The translations under genes and the position numbers were made by a program. From an uncultured Eubacteriales bacterium (GTDB taxonomy: Bacteria > Bacillota > Clostridia > Christensenellales > DTU072), in the NCBI GenBank assembly GCA_902766965.1, contig CACXFJ010000025.1, forward strand, positions 1 to 37,221: DNA of 37,221 nt. The letters run 5' to 3'. This document shows, one piece after another, positions 9,661-17,750 of the stretch. The stretch's first letter is position 1. Each line of letters opens with the position of its first letter. Under the pieces are notes generated by a model. That model was not told the DNA's origin and searched no databases. It worked only from the letters and a program-made list of their open reading frames with translations.

Positions 9661-10365
9661 TTATAATTGTATCTTTTCCTGCTCAAACGCTTCCCGTAAT
9701 TTCATTAACGACTTCTTTTCTATTCTCGATATGTAAGAACGAGATATCCCTAATTTATCGGCGACTTTCTGTTGAGTCATCGGATAATTGCCGTCAAGAC
9801 CGAAACGCATCGTTATTATCTTTTTTTCTCTGTCGGAAAGGTATTTTTCGGTAAGGCGTTTTATGGTTTTATGTAAAAATTCCGCGTCGATTTTTTCGTA
9901 AACGCTCTCTTCGTCGGTCTGTAACAGGTCTAAAATGGACATCTCGTTGCCGTCCTTGTCGCTCCCCACGCTGTCGTATATCGACACGTCGGACGAGCGT
10001 TTTTTATAAGACCGCATAGTCATAAGGATTTCGTTTTCTATACATCGAGAAGCGTAGGTGGCGAGCTGCGAACCTTTGTCGGGGTCAAAAGTGTTTATAG
10101 CCTTGATAAGCCCCATCGTTCCGATACTTATAAGTTCGTCGTTGTCGGGATAATTGACGTACTTTTTCGCGATGAACACGACTAAACGAAGATTATGTTT
10201 TATAAGCACGTTACGGGCTTCCAAATCCCCTTCTTTTTTGAACTTGTAAAGGTATTCTTTTTCTTTCTCTTCGCTTAAAGGATGCGGAAAAGAATTTCCC
10301 GTGTCGATACGGGAAGAAAACAATAAAACGTTGCTTAAAAGCGTAAAAAAACCTTCTAATATCAT
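9661..10365 (-). CDS. sigK: RNA polymerase sporulation sigma factor SigK (pro-sigma-K, uninterrupted)
   Basis: The N-terminus MILEGFFTLLSNVLLFSSRIDTGNSFPHPLSEEKEKEYL... parallels the B. subtilis pro-sigma-K pro-sequence and the NAFPQPLS motif. Also HNLRLVVFIAKKY, LATYASRCIENEILM and GISRSYISRIEKK. I chose the ATG at 10365-10363 (preceded by GGAG) over the track start at 10431. Confidence 0.85.
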   Translation of the reverse strand: MILEGFFTLLSNVLLFSSRIDTGNSFPHPLSEEKEKEYLYKFKKEGDLEARNVLIKHNLRLVVFIAKKYVNYPDNDELISIGTMGLIKAINTFDPDKGSQLATYASRCIENEILMTMRSYKKRSSDVSIYDSVGSDKDGNEMSILDLLQTDEESVYEKIDAEFLHKTIKRLTEKYLSDREKKIITMRFGLDGNYPMTQQKVADKLGISRSYISRIEKKSLMKLREAFEQEKIQL

Positions 10366-10389
10366 TTTGCTCCGATGAGATACTCTTAC

Positions 10390-10419
10390 AATATATGATA
10401 TTAAAAGGCAAAAATTTAC
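10390..10419 (-). promoter_or_regulatory. candidate sigma-E-type promoter of sigK: GTAAATT (10419-10413), 15 nt, CATATATT (10397-10390)
   Basis: The -10 resembles the sigma-E consensus CATACAhT and lies ~25 nt upstream of the ATG. The -35 match is partial. The consensus is recalled from B. subtilis. Confidence 0.3.
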
Positions 10420-10435
10420 TTTTAACGACAAAATT

Positions 10436-11287
10436 CTATTTTTCGGTTATTAGTTTAAGATTTTCGAGATAATCGTAGGAATCGTATTCTATCTTAACTC
10501 CGTCGAGAGCCGCCAAAGCTCCGTCCGCTATGTGGAAAATTACTTTGTAAGCTCTCAAGAGCTGATATTTTTTTCCGAAATACCTGTTCGTTTTTTCGGG
10601 GCAATACTTTGGGTCGCCTATTACCGGGTGCCCCGTGTGGGCAAGGTGCGCCCTTATCTGATGAGTTCTGCCCGTGACGAGTTCCACGTCGAGAACGCTT
10701 CCGTTCCTGCCCGTGTAGATAGCGTCGTATCTCGTCACTATTTCGACCGAACCGGGCATACGCTTATCGTAAATTTTTACGAAAGACTCGTCGGCGTTTT
10801 TAATTAGATACGCCTTTAACTCTCCGCTCCCCCTGACTATACCCGCTACAGCGGTAAGGTAATGTTTTTCTACCGAGCGGGTCTTGAATACCTTTTTCAT
10901 TTCGGCGAAAACTTCTTCGGTTTTTGCGAAAATAACTATCCCTTCGGTGTTTGTGTCGAGGCGGTGACAGATTATATATCCGTATTTTGCTTTGACCGCT
11001 TCTTCGAGAGAATTTTCACCCGTGCAGGCTATGCGGGCGGGTTTGAAAAAACACGCTATATACTCGTTGTCGAAAAACGGCGTAAAATCCCTTTCCTGTT
11101 CTTTGTAATATACTCTTATTACGTCGCCGTCGGCAACTACGGTATCTTTGAAAACTTTTTTTCCGTTTACTCTTACGTCGCCTTTGCGGAAAAGTTTTTG
11201 AATAGCCCCGTAAGTAATTCCGCGGACTTTTTCGCCTAAAATAAGGGAAAGCCTGTTTGCCTTCCCCGAATAATTAAACTCTATCAT
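10436..11287 (-). CDS. RluA-family 23S rRNA/tRNA pseudouridine synthase with N-terminal S4 domain
   Basis: 283 aa. Catalytic motif HRLDTNTEGIVIFAKT, plus GRTHQIRAHLAHTGHPVIGDPKY. The ATG at 11287-11285 overlaps the nrdR stop (TGATG). Confidence 0.88.
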   Translation of the reverse strand: MIEFNYSGKANRLSLILGEKVRGITYGAIQKLFRKGDVRVNGKKVFKDTVVADGDVIRVYYKEQERDFTPFFDNEYIACFFKPARIACTGENSLEEAVKAKYGYIICHRLDTNTEGIVIFAKTEEVFAEMKKVFKTRSVEKHYLTAVAGIVRGSGELKAYLIKNADESFVKIYDKRMPGSVEIVTRYDAIYTGRNGSVLDVELVTGRTHQIRAHLAHTGHPVIGDPKYCPEKTNRYFGKKYQLLRAYKVIFHIADGALAALDGVKIEYDSYDYLENLKLITEK

Positions 11288-11748
11288 CAGTCTTTTTTAT
11301 TTTGTACCAAATTTTCTATCTCGAACAAAAGGGTGTTGATATCCTTGAATTCGCGATGAACCGAAGCAAAACGAACGTAAGCTACGTCGTCGACTTCCTT
11401 TAACGCTTCCATTACCATTTCGCCTATACGCTTGGAAGTAATTTCCTGCGCGAGCGAATTATGAACCTGTCTTTCGATATCGTTGACGATTTTTTCGATT
11501 TTTATCATCGGAACGGGGCGTTTTTCGCAAGCTTTCATAATACCCGATTTAATTTTTGCCGGGTCGAAAACCTGTCTGTTGCCGTTATTTTTAATTACGA
11601 GTATGGGAGCGGATTCTACCTTTTCGTAAGTAGTATACCTCTTCATACAATTAAGACATTCTCTTCTGCGTCTTATGCTCGTGCCGTCTTCGCTTAACCT
11701 TGAATCGACTACTTTGCTTTCGAGCGAACCGCAATATATGCACTTCAT
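11287..11748 (-). CDS. nrdR: transcriptional repressor NrdR (zinc ribbon + ATP-cone)
   Basis: 153 aa. [45 protein letters not shown] is the canonical NrdR N-terminus. An ATP-cone follows. Confidence 0.95.
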   Translation of the reverse strand: MKCIYCGSLESKVVDSRLSEDGTSIRRRRECLNCMKRYTTYEKVESAPILVIKNNGNRQVFDPAKIKSGIMKACEKRPVPMIKIEKIVNDIERQVHNSLAQEITSKRIGEMVMEALKEVDDVAYVRFASVHREFKDINTLLFEIENLVQNKKD

Positions 11749-11759
11749 CCTACACCTCT

Positions 11760-11807
11760 ACACAATTTATGGTATAATTATATCTAATATATAACAATTT
11801 GTAAACT
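11760..11807 (-). promoter_or_regulatory. nrdR promoter TTTACA (11805-11800), 17 nt, TATAAT (11782-11777), with an NrdR-box-like 16-mer at 11760-11775 and a weaker partner at 11792-11807
   Basis: ACACAATTTATGGTAT matches the recalled NrdR-box consensus acaCwAtATaTwGtgt at 13/16 positions. The second copy, TAACAATTTGTAAACT, matches 9/16. The two are 32 bp apart and share the core ACAATTT. Confidence 0.4.
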
Positions 11808-11850
11808 GTTTATAAAAAACTATAATTACGTTTAGTGATAGGAAAACTAT

Positions 11851-12144
11851 TTATTGCTGAATATAATCCATTCTCGGCGGTTGCGGCGGCGGATTGTAAT
11901 TATTGTTCAAATCCACTAAAATTACGTCGCTGCCTATTTTTAATATGCAATTCCACGGAATATAAATGTTATCTCCGCCGGTTATACTCTTAAAAAATTT
12001 CTTTTCACTCGGAACGATGAATCCCAAAATCATACCTTTACAGTCCATAGCCACGTCGCCCACTCTTCCTAACCGCTTGCCGTCGGCCACGTTTATTATT
12101 TCTCTGTCGCGTAATTCGCAAAATGTATAGTCGATTTTCGTCAT
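11851..12144 (-). CDS. ylmC: YlmC/YmxH-family sporulation protein (PRC-barrel)
   Basis: 97 aa. FCELRDREIINVADGKRLGRVGDVAMD...IYIPWNCILKIGSDVILVD matches the YlmC/YmxH pattern. Its position after sigG is typical of spore formers. Confidence 0.8.
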   Translation of the reverse strand: MTKIDYTFCELRDREIINVADGKRLGRVGDVAMDCKGMILGFIVPSEKKFFKSITGGDNIYIPWNCILKIGSDVILVDLNNNYNPPPQPPRMDYIQQ

Positions 12145-12186
12145 AAAAATACCGTCCTGCTCTTAAAATATATGAACGAGACGGTA
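12145..12186 (-). terminator. hairpin plus U5 between sigG and ylmC (7-bp stem TACCGTC/GACGGTA, 23-nt loop)
   Basis: Stem arms at 12150-12156 and 12180-12186. The U-run (12145-12149) directly abuts the ylmC ATG (12144). The long loop makes this a weak terminator at best. Confidence 0.35.
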
Positions 12187-12201
12187 CTTTTATTCTTATT
12201 G

Positions 12202-12969
12202 TTAAAAAGCTAATTTGAGTCTTTCGATAGCGTTTTTTTCAAGTCGGCTTACCTGAGCCTGACTTATGTTGAGTTCTTCCGATATTTCCGTTTGGGTTCT
12301 TCCCTTGTAATACCTTAAAAGTAAAACGTTCTTTTCTCTTTCGGGCAGTTTGTCGATTTCTTCGTTGAGAGTAATACCGTTAATTACGCTGTCCAAATCG
12401 GTTTTGTCGCTGATTTGGTCCACGACGAGCATATTGTCGTCGGCGTCGCTGTATACCGATTCGTATATGCTGACCGGTTCGCTTATTGCGTCCAACGCGC
12501 TCACAACTTCGCCGTAAGGAACGTTGATTTCTTCGGCTATTTCCGTTAAACTCGCTTCCTTTTCTCCGCCGTACTCCAACTTATCTCTCGCCTGCATCGC
12601 TTTGAATGCTATGTCTCGTAAGTTTCTTCCCACTTTAAGTCCCGTGCCTTCTCTAAGGTATCTCCGCATTTCGCCCATAATCATCGGAACGGCGTAGGTG
12701 GAAAACCTTACGTTGAGACTTATATCGAAGTTGTCGAGAGCTTTGATAAGCCCTAATACGCCCACCTGAAACAAGTCGTCGGCGTTGTTTCTGTCGGTCT
12801 TGAAACGCTGAGCCATTGACAAAACGAGTCGTATGTTGTTTTCAATGAACTTTTCTCTTAAATCGGTTTCTCCGTTCTTTATTCGTCGTAACATTTCTTC
12901 GCTTTCTTTCGCGCTCATCTTAGGTAATTCGGAAGTGGATACCCCCGTAATTACTATTTTGTATGACAT
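12202..12969 (-). CDS. sigG: RNA polymerase sporulation sigma factor SigG
   Basis: MSYKIVITGVSTSELPKMSAKESEEMLRRIKNGETDLREKFIENNIRLVLSMAQRF parallels the B. subtilis SigG N-terminus. The ATG at 12969-12967 follows GGAGG. The track start at 13026 is an extension. Confidence 0.88.
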   Translation of the reverse strand: MSYKIVITGVSTSELPKMSAKESEEMLRRIKNGETDLREKFIENNIRLVLSMAQRFKTDRNNADDLFQVGVLGLIKALDNFDISLNVRFSTYAVPMIMGEMRRYLREGTGLKVGRNLRDIAFKAMQARDKLEYGGEKEASLTEIAEEINVPYGEVVSALDAISEPVSIYESVYSDADDNMLVVDQISDKTDLDSVINGITLNEEIDKLPEREKNVLLLRYYKGRTQTEISEELNISQAQVSRLEKNAIERLKLAF

Positions 12970-13036
12970 ACATAATACCTCCGTTATGTAAAAGTAACGC
13001 AAGTTTACACAGGAAGTATTTGCCAAATTTAACTTA

Positions 13037-13735
13037 TTATTCGCATTTTAAGAATTCTTTTTTTAATTTCGCGAGTATCTTTTTTTCGAGCCTGCTGATA
13101 TACGACTGCGAAATGTTCATCATATCGGCTATTTCTTTTTGCGTTTTTTCTTCCCGCCCGTACAAGCCGTAACGCATACCGACTATTTCTTTGTCTCGTT
13201 CGTCGAGCTTTTCGTAAAGACTCCGCAAAATATCGTTTTCCACTCTCGTTTCCATATCTTTATATATCATATCGCCGTCGGTTCCGAGTACGTCGCTTAA
13301 TACGAGCTGATTACCTTCCCAATCCACGTTGAGAGGTTCTTCCAACGATATTTCCGTCCTGATTTTAACCGTTTTTCGTAAAAACATAAGAATTTCGTTC
13401 TCGATACATCTCGACGCGTAAGTAGCGAGTTTGATTTTCTTATCGGAATTGTAACTTTTTACCGCTTTAATAAGTCCCATCGTACCTACCGATATAAGTT
13501 CGTCCATATCGATACCCGTATTGTCGAAACGCTTCGCTATGTAGACCACGAGCCGTAAATTGTGTTCCACTAATTTATTCTTCGCGTCCTCGTCTCCCTG
13601 CGTCATTTTAGCTATCGCTTCGGCTTCTTCCTCCTCGCATAAAGGAGTCGGCAATGACGTTATGTAATTAAGATTTTTTTCGCCGCAAAAAAAGCGTTTA
13701 AGTTTACGCCAAAGATTCTTGAAAAAGTTTTTCAT
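13037..13735 (-). CDS. sigE: RNA polymerase sporulation sigma factor SigE (pro-sigma-E)
   Basis: 232 aa. Has a basic/hydrophobic pro-sequence MKNFFKNLWRKLKRFF.., then HNLRLVVYIAKRFDNTGIDMDELISVGTMGLIKAV and KLATYASRCIENEILMFLRK. ATGA overlap with the spoIIGA stop. Confidence 0.9.
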   Translation of the reverse strand: MKNFFKNLWRKLKRFFCGEKNLNYITSLPTPLCEEEEAEAIAKMTQGDEDAKNKLVEHNLRLVVYIAKRFDNTGIDMDELISVGTMGLIKAVKSYNSDKKIKLATYASRCIENEILMFLRKTVKIRTEISLEEPLNVDWEGNQLVLSDVLGTDGDMIYKDMETRVENDILRSLYEKLDERDKEIVGMRYGLYGREEKTQKEIADMMNISQSYISRLEKKILAKLKKEFLKCE

Positions 13736-14526
13736 AAATAAAATTCTCCCTGCATATCGCTATGCAATAAAATTTCCGCTTCCGATAAGCACGCCGCAGA
13801 CACCTTGCCCGCAGCAACTTTATATATGGTATGCGAGCCTCCGGCGGAATATACCTCTACCGTTGCTTCTTTCGTAGGCAAGATAGAAATACCGTTCGCC
13901 GTGATTATCTCCACGGAACTCGTCTTATCTTCGTCGGGTGCGAGATTATTATAAATTTTTTCGCCGACGAAAATAACGGGTTCGCCATTATCTGCGTAAA
14001 CGCGATTGCCGCTGTCATAAAACGCGCGGCACTTTTTGTTAAAACTTCCGCTTTTTAGTCTCACTACGGAGAATAAAGAGTTTTTTCGTCGGAATTTGCC
14101 TAACTCGGTTTTAAGTATATCGGTTAAGTAAATTATCCCGGTACAACTCGCCGAAACGAATATGGGAATTATGCCGTAAGTAAGATTTTCATATCTTAAA
14201 TCGGTACGGAAAAAGTCGACGAAAAACGTAACCGCCCCACCTAAAAGAAATGTCGCCGCAAGTAACGTGACTACGGTGACCACATAGTCTTTAACGTGCT
14301 TGCCCGGCTTGATTATTATTACCATTACTAATACGCATAAAGCCTTTATTGCGTATCTTATGCTACCGATTAACGGGTATATAGCCGACGTTATACCGCC
14401 GAATACGGCAGAACAAACAAGCCTTTTTACACTTACTTTTTTCTTAATCGCGGCAAGAGTAAACGACAGTAAAAAAAGGTCTATAAAGAAGTTGCTTAAA
14501 AATACCGTTTCAGCATATATCGTCAT
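13732..14526 (-). CDS. spoIIGA: sigma-E processing peptidase SpoIIGA (membrane aspartic protease)
   Basis: 264 aa. N-terminal multi-TM region and a C-terminal domain with a DSGN motif (AFYDSGNRV). Sits directly upstream of, and coupled to, sigE. GGTGA SD. Confidence 0.85.
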   Translation of the reverse strand: MTIYAETVFLSNFFIDLFLLSFTLAAIKKKVSVKRLVCSAVFGGITSAIYPLIGSIRYAIKALCVLVMVIIIKPGKHVKDYVVTVVTLLAATFLLGGAVTFFVDFFRTDLRYENLTYGIIPIFVSASCTGIIYLTDILKTELGKFRRKNSLFSVVRLKSGSFNKKCRAFYDSGNRVYADNGEPVIFVGEKIYNNLAPDEDKTSSVEIITANGISILPTKEATVEVYSAGGSHTIYKVAAGKVSAACLSEAEILLHSDMQGEFYL

Positions 14527-14537
14527 ATTTCACCGTT

Positions 14538-14570
14538 AAAAAAAGACAAGCCTTTTCGACTTGTCTTTTG
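14538..14570 (-). terminator. intrinsic terminator after ftsZ (AGACAAG/ucgaaaagg/CUUGUCU + U7)
   Basis: Stem arms at 14544-14550 and 14560-14566, extendable with A-U pairs. The U-run is at 14538-14544 on the minus strand. It ends 12 nt before the spoIIGA ATG. Confidence 0.7.
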
Positions 14571-14593
14571 TGTTTTATTTCGTCAATAATTTA

Positions 14594-15829
14594 TTATCTG
14601 TTTCCGCGTTCTCTGAGTCTTCTCAAAAAGCTCGGAATTTCGTCGTCGGAACTCGTATTTTCGGCGGGTTGAACCTTGGGCGCGGATTGCGGTTCTGCCG
14701 TCGCAGGAGCAAAAGCCTTAGCGAAGGGGTTGTTGCTTGCGAAAGCGTTGTTCCCGGCAAAAGGCATCGAATTTACGGTAGGAGCAGAATTTTCTACGGG
14801 TTTTTCTTCCTTTACGGGTTCGGATACGTTAAGTACCGGACCTTCCGTAGCCGTACCGTCGAAACCGGTAGCCACGATAGTTACGATTGCCTTGTCTTCG
14901 AGAGTTTCGTCGAAGCCTATTCCCTGAATGATGTTACAGTCGGGAGCAACTACCTTACCTATCATATCCATAGCTTCGTCTATCTCCAACGCGCTCATAC
15001 CTATATCGCCGGTAATGCTTACGAGTATTTGGGTAGCTCCGCCGAAGTTGGATTCGAGCAAGGGCGAATTCGCCGCCTGAATAAGAGCCTTTACGACTTT
15101 GTTTTCGCCTTCTCCCTGCCCTATACCGATATGCGCCGTGCCTTTGTCCTTGATTACGGTGGAAAGGTCTGCGAAATCGAGATTTATCAAAGAGTGTTTT
15201 ACTATAAGATTAGTAATACCTACGATACTGCTGTGGAGTACGTCGTCGGCTATCTGCATAAGTTTTAACATAGCTCCGTCTTCTTTCTTGTTGGCGGAGA
15301 TTACTTTTACGTAGTCGAAAACTTTTTGATTAGGTATTACTAAAAGCACGTCGGTGTACTTTCTTAATTCTTCTATCCCCGCTTCCGCGTACTGCATTTT
15401 CAGACGTCCTTCCGAGGCGAAAGGTTTGGTGACGATAGCTATGGTAAGTATTCCCATTTCTCTCGCTATCTGCGCTACTACCGGAGCGCCGCCCGTACCC
15501 GTTCCGCCGCCCATACCTGCGGTAATGAACACGAGATTTGTGTCGGCAAGAGCGCCTCTTATATCTTCCGCCGATTCTTCCGCGGCTTCTTTACCTATTT
15601 GCGGTTTGCTGCCGGCTCCGAGTCCTCTCGTGCGTTTTATTCCGAGCTGAATTTTAGTATCCGCGCTGCAATTGTTCAACGCCATCATATCGGTGTTGCT
15701 GGCGATGAAAGACACGCCCTGTACTTTCGCTTTGACAAGACGGTTTACGGCGTTACATCCGCCGCCGCCTACGCCGAATATCTTGATTTTTACTATATTG
15801 TCCTGTTGGTCATAACTACCGAAATTCAT
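14594..15829 (-). CDS. ftsZ: cell division protein FtsZ
   Basis: 411 aa. Tubulin signature GGGTGTGGAPV, IKIFGVGGGGCNAVNRL, a low-complexity linker and the conserved C-terminal peptide DDEIPSFLRR. AGGAGG SD. Confidence 0.97.
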   Translation of the reverse strand: MNFGSYDQQDNIVKIKIFGVGGGGCNAVNRLVKAKVQGVSFIASNTDMMALNNCSADTKIQLGIKRTRGLGAGSKPQIGKEAAEESAEDIRGALADTNLVFITAGMGGGTGTGGAPVVAQIAREMGILTIAIVTKPFASEGRLKMQYAEAGIEELRKYTDVLLVIPNQKVFDYVKVISANKKEDGAMLKLMQIADDVLHSSIVGITNLIVKHSLINLDFADLSTVIKDKGTAHIGIGQGEGENKVVKALIQAANSPLLESNFGGATQILVSITGDIGMSALEIDEAMDMIGKVVAPDCNIIQGIGFDETLEDKAIVTIVATGFDGTATEGPVLNVSEPVKEEKPVENSAPTVNSMPFAGNNAFASNNPFAKAFAPATAEPQSAPKVQPAENTSSDDEIPSFLRRLRERGNR

Positions 15830-15843
15830 ATTATCCTCCTAAG

Positions 15844-16971
15844 CTATTTGCTTCCGAATATGGACTTTAACTTTTGTTTTATTTTGTCGACGGTATCAAT
15901 AGTTTTCGTCGATTCGCATACTGCCGCCGCAACGTAGTTGCCGCACCCGGTAAGATTAAGGGTTTCGCTGTCGAGTATTGTGATTTCGCATCCCGTTTCG
16001 TCTTCAAAAACGTCTTTAACGCCCCTCACCGAGCAAAGAGAAGAACCGGTAAGAAAAACGGGCGGCGGCGTTTCGTCTTCGCACATTTCGTCGATATACT
16101 TTTTTACTTCTCCCGCGAGGTAAATAAAGGCTTCCGCCACGCAAGAATTGACCTTCGATACCGAATACTTTTCTCCTCCGACGTAGTAAAAATCTCTGTC
16201 GGTAAAATTGAGATTAAGGTTCATTCCGTTGGCTATTTCTTCCGCGGTGGCATCGTCAACGCCTAATTCTTCGGCAAGGCTGTAACATACGTGTTTTGCC
16301 CCGAGCATGTCGGAACAACCCTTTACGGGAACGCCGCCGTTACATAACGCTACGTCTATGTTCCCGTCTGCGAGAGTTATTATTATTCTTTCCGGCAAAT
16401 GAGCCGTTTTGTCTGCTTTAGCGGCTATCTCCGCGCCGAAAGAAGTGTACTCGAAAACCTTTCCGAGACGTTTTGCCGAGGTGTCGAAAAGTTCTTTTAT
16501 CCCTAATCTTAAATACTCTATCGAAGCGATAAGTTTTAATCTGTCGGCTTTTTGCCCGATAGGATTATCTATATACGGATTAGAGAGAGTTTTGTATATT
16601 ATGGGGCGTTTTTGGACTATTTCAAAGGACGGCAAACGAGTTCCGCAAAGGCTTATTATCGTCCTGACGTCGTTTTCGGTGACGGCTCCGCTCTCTATTA
16701 CGGTATCTTGTTCCGCCCGTGCGTACTTAAAAAATACTCCCGGCAAAACCACTACCGCGTGTTTGTCGATAGAACCGTACCTTTCCGCGTCGGCATAAAC
16801 GTGTTGTATTTTGGAAAAAACGTCGTCTGGGTTAATAAAGCCGTTTCCGTTAAAGCCGTCGTAGTCTATACGCTCTTCGTGAAAATACGAAAATACTCCG
16901 TTCTTGCGAACGAATAACAAAAGGCGCATATATTTATATTCGACTATCAATGCGGATTTAAGACGATACAT
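15844..16971 (-). CDS. divergent FtsA-like actin-fold cell division protein
   Basis: 375 aa, in the ftsA slot between ftsQ and ftsZ. Has an FtsA-like C-terminal subdomain (PPPVFLTGSSLCSVRGVKDVFEDETGCEITI) and a C-terminal amphipathic tail (IDKIKQKLKSIFGSK) like the FtsA membrane-targeting helix. The N-terminal phosphate motifs are degenerate. Confidence 0.6.
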   Translation of the reverse strand: MYRLKSALIVEYKYMRLLLFVRKNGVFSYFHEERIDYDGFNGNGFINPDDVFSKIQHVYADAERYGSIDKHAVVVLPGVFFKYARAEQDTVIESGAVTENDVRTIISLCGTRLPSFEIVQKRPIIYKTLSNPYIDNPIGQKADRLKLIASIEYLRLGIKELFDTSAKRLGKVFEYTSFGAEIAAKADKTAHLPERIIITLADGNIDVALCNGGVPVKGCSDMLGAKHVCYSLAEELGVDDATAEEIANGMNLNLNFTDRDFYYVGGEKYSVSKVNSCVAEAFIYLAGEVKKYIDEMCEDETPPPVFLTGSSLCSVRGVKDVFEDETGCEITILDSETLNLTGCGNYVAAAVCESTKTIDTVDKIKQKLKSIFGSK

Positions 16972-17039
16972 ACTTTCCTCTATAATATTTTAATATTATT
17001 AAGTATAATATATCGGGGAAAAATAGTCAATAACAAGCT

Positions 17040-17750
17040 CTAATTTTTTATGCGTAAAACTGCGTTATTTCGGGCGGAATAGTCCATAGCCAAATATCTG
17101 TCGTACAAAGCGGCGGTTTCGTCGGCGGTTTGCGCCATATCTACGTACAGTACAGCTCCCGTCTCGGCAAGTTTTATCTGCAACTCGCCGTCGGAAATAT
17201 TTATGCTTTCGATAAAGTACGGCAAGGCTTCTTCGCTCATATTTTTGCCTAACAACGCTTTCGCTACGTTCCTTAACGCGACACATTCCTTGACGTCGAA
17301 GCTGTCGTTTACTACAAATCCCGTCACCGTAATGAGCTTTAACGGGGCAAGTTCTTCTTCTTTCTGAATTTTGCCGCGTTGAAAATCTTTATCCGTTGCG
17401 ACGAAAGATTTTTCTTCCGACGAAGCGTTGACTTCGATTTTGAATATGGGGGTACGTTCTTTGACGTAGATTACCACTTCATCGGGGAATTTACGTTCGA
17501 CGTTGGTCACCACGATGGAATTATCCGGGAACGCCGCGATTATTCTATGTTTTATTTCGCTTTCTTTGACGTTAAAGATATTGTTTCTCGAATCGAGTCC
17601 CGAAGCCTCTAAAATATCCGCTTCGTCGGCAAGTCCGGTTTTGTTATAAAAAACCACGCTTATATTGCGCACGGTAAACACCTGACCGCACACCACTATA
17701 AGCGCGATTATCGCAACGCATATCGAGATAATAACGTATTTCTTTTTCAC
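17040..17750 (-). CDS. ftsQ: cell division protein FtsQ/DivIB (TM + POTRA)
   Basis: 236 aa. N-terminal TM helix YVIISICVAIIALIVVCGQVF followed by a POTRA-like FTVRNISVV... Sits in the dcw position upstream of ftsA/ftsZ. GTG start at 17750-17748 overlaps the murA stop (GTGA). Confidence 0.75.
   Translation of the reverse strand: MKKKYVIISICVAIIALIVVCGQVFTVRNISVVFYNKTGLADEADILEASGLDSRNNIFNVKESEIKHRIIAAFPDNSIVVTNVERKFPDEVVIYVKERTPIFKIEVNASSEEKSFVATDKDFQRGKIQKEEELAPLKLITVTGFVVNDSFDVKECVALRNVAKALLGKNMSEEALPYFIESINISDGELQIKLAETGAVLYVDMAQTADETAALYDRYLAMDYSARNNAVLRIKN

Noticed and set aside
9290-9854. Track ORFs 9290-9508(-), 9349-9543(-) and 9582-9854(+)
   Set aside because: They overlap the RNase P RNA gene, the terminator, or the sigK 3' end. 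The region is explained by rnpB.
9661-10431. skin-like prophage interruption of sigK
   Set aside because: The sigK reading frame is continuous from the pro-sequence to region 4.2. There is no recombinase or insertion.
14561-15268. 235-aa plus-strand ORF antisense to ftsZ, plus the other short track ORFs inside ftsZ, murA, ftsW, mraY and the giant gene
   Set aside because: All are embedded antisense or out-of-frame in strongly supported genes. None has an SD or conserved motifs.
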